A DNA stretch of 64,000 nt from Macrostomum hystrix (Eukaryota > Animalia > Platyhelminthes). Below are positions 62,501 to 64,000 of this stretch, piece by piece. The position numbers and the translations under genes were made by a program. Position 1 is the first letter of the stretch, and the number at the start of each line of letters is the position of its first letter. The notes below the pieces were generated by a model that saw nothing but the letters and a program-made list of their open reading frames with translations, searched no databases and was not told the origin of the DNA. The stretch spans positions 806,001 to 870,000 of the forward strand of contig CATNEN010000013.1 of NCBI GenBank assembly GCA_950097015.1. Direction: 5' to 3'.

Positions 62501-64000
62501 TGACCTTCAGGTGAACACAATCTAAAGAACGTCAGGTGAACATAATCTAAAGAACGTCAGGTGTACACTATCTAAAAACCATCAGGTGTACGCTATCTAA
62601 AAACCATCAGGTGTACACCAAGGACCACTAGGAATTACATATATAAGTTAAGTTGTCCTTGGTGTACACTATCTAAAAACCGTCAGGTGTACACTATCTA
62701 AAAACCGTCAGGTGTACACTATCTAAAAACCGTCAGGTGTACACTATCTAAAAACCGTCAGGTGTACACTATCTAAAAACCGTCAGGTGTACACTATCTA
62801 AAAACCGTCAGGTGTACACTATCTAAAAACCGTCAGGTGTACACTATCTAAAAACCGTCAGGTGTACACTATCTAAAAACCGTCAGGTGTACACTATCTA
62901 AAAACCGTCAGGTGTACACTATCTAATCACGCGGTAGCGAATCCCAATAGAATCTCACAATATTGGGCTTGGCAGACCAGCCAGGTCTTCGCTCCCTGGC
63001 AAAATCTCTGTAGGTCTTCACTGCCATCAGGAGGCTCTCGGTTCCGCCCGAGGTGACATTGCCCCGCGCTCCAGTCCCGGCGTGCAGCATGCCGGCGGTC
63101 ATCTGGACGAGTTCCACTTCGAAGCGGCGCAGCGCGGCAAACAGTGTCGGATTGAGGGCATTCTCATGCATGAATGCGCGCATGTACTCGGCCACAACCT
63201 GGCGCTGATCGGCCGTCAGGCTGCCAGCCAGCTCGGCGGCGTCCTCGGACACGAAGTCCAACGCTGCGCGCTCCTGAGCGGCGGCCAGGGCTCGGCCGAG
63301 AACTTCGACAGCCTCGGAGTAGACGTAGGCGAACATTCGATCGGTTTTGTGAGTTCGCAGGGACTCCACCTGGGCCAGGAGCTGCTGGGGATCTTCGCCT
63401 GCGGTTTGTGCAATGATGCTACTATTTTTAGAAGTGAATTTGTGGGGAATCCCTTTTTAATCGACCAAGCACGTGACTTGACCATAGAAAATTTCTATTA
63501 GGTCGATTACCAAAAAAAACGGTGTAAGTTGAGTGTACTTAAGGCATTTAGCAACCTTAATGTCTTAATGTTATCCCATTGATGTCTCAATGTTATCCCA
63601 TTGATGTCTCAATGTTATCCCACTGATGTCTCAATGTTATCCCATTGATGTCTCAATGTTATCCCACTGATGTCTCAATGTTATCCCATTGATGTCTCAA
63701 TGTTATCCCACTGATGTCTCAATGTTATCCCATTGATGTCTCAATGTTATCCCACTGATGTCTCAATGTTATCCCATTGATGTCTCAATGTTATCCCATT
63801 GATGTCTCAATGTTATCCCATTGATGTCTCAATGTTATCCCATTGATGTCTCAATGTTATCACCCCAGTCTCAGTGTTATCCCCTCAGTATTGATGACCC
63901 AGATGGGATTTGAATCCCTCACCTTTCTCTGGAATCTGCACCGGCTGCGGCCCGCCAGCCTTGATGCCGAGGTCCTCGGAGATGATGCGAGCCGCCTGTT
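59556..64000 (-). CDS. SGPL1: Sphingosine-1-phosphate lyase (group II PLP-dependent), 5' end outside window
   Basis: Exons (minus): >64000-63923, 63398-62959, 61920-61649, 61418-61319, 60517-60281, 60188-60086, 59887-59769, 59672-59556 (TGA); phases compatible. Motifs [51 protein letters not shown] (PLP lysine), [17 protein letters not shown]. Confidence 0.93.
60655..60945. repeat. 15-bp minisatellite (GGAAGTTTCCAGAGG)n in an SGPL1 intron
   Basis: Direct periodicity. Confidence 0.95.
61048..61262 (+). mobile_element. Degenerate tRNA-derived SINE (family 2) in an SGPL1 intron
   Basis: A-box-like TGCAGCCTAGTG, AAAGTCGGGGTTCGATCCCCGACT B box, GTGTCCTT..AAATGGGTACC body, AT-rich tail. Confidence 0.5.
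62240..62925. repeat. 25-bp minisatellite (CGTCAGGTGTACACTATCTAAAAAC)n in an SGPL1 intron
   Basis: Homogeneous at the right end next to the donor, degenerate at the left. Confidence 0.92.
63565..63875. repeat. 22-bp minisatellite (TGATGTCTCAATGTTATCCCA[TC])n in an SGPL1 intron
   Basis: TGATG at 63602, 63624 and onward. Confidence 0.95.

Overview
Eukaryotic (metazoan) genomic DNA with GC-rich exons, GT-AG introns and roughly 26 kb (~40%, summed by eye) of tandem minisatellite arrays. The style (CAG/GCG-rich low-complexity coding runs, minisatellite-filled introns) suggests an invertebrate such as the flatworm Macrostomum; this is inference only. Manual splicing supports five protein-coding genes: (1) the 3' part of an SH2 + tyrosine-kinase-fold protein that looks catalytically dead (+, <358-10558); (2) a complete troponin T (-, 13638-20552, 11 coding exons, 355 aa); (3) a GPR153/GPR162-like orphan GPCR with a long acidic tail (+, ~24255-33981); (4) an intronless secreted, probably GPI-anchored protein made of two copies of an unrecognised 6-Cys domain (-, 42484-43458); (5) the 3' part of a sphingosine-1-phosphate lyase (-, 59556->64000). 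Mobile DNA includes a head-to-tail array of non-autonomous Helitrons and two tRNA-derived SINE families, two copies with clear target-site duplications. Most long ORFs in the supplied track are translations of tandem repeats. There are no CRISPR arrays, rRNA or convincing tRNA genes. Repeat boundaries are approximate; exon boundaries were read base by base but are unverified by transcript data.
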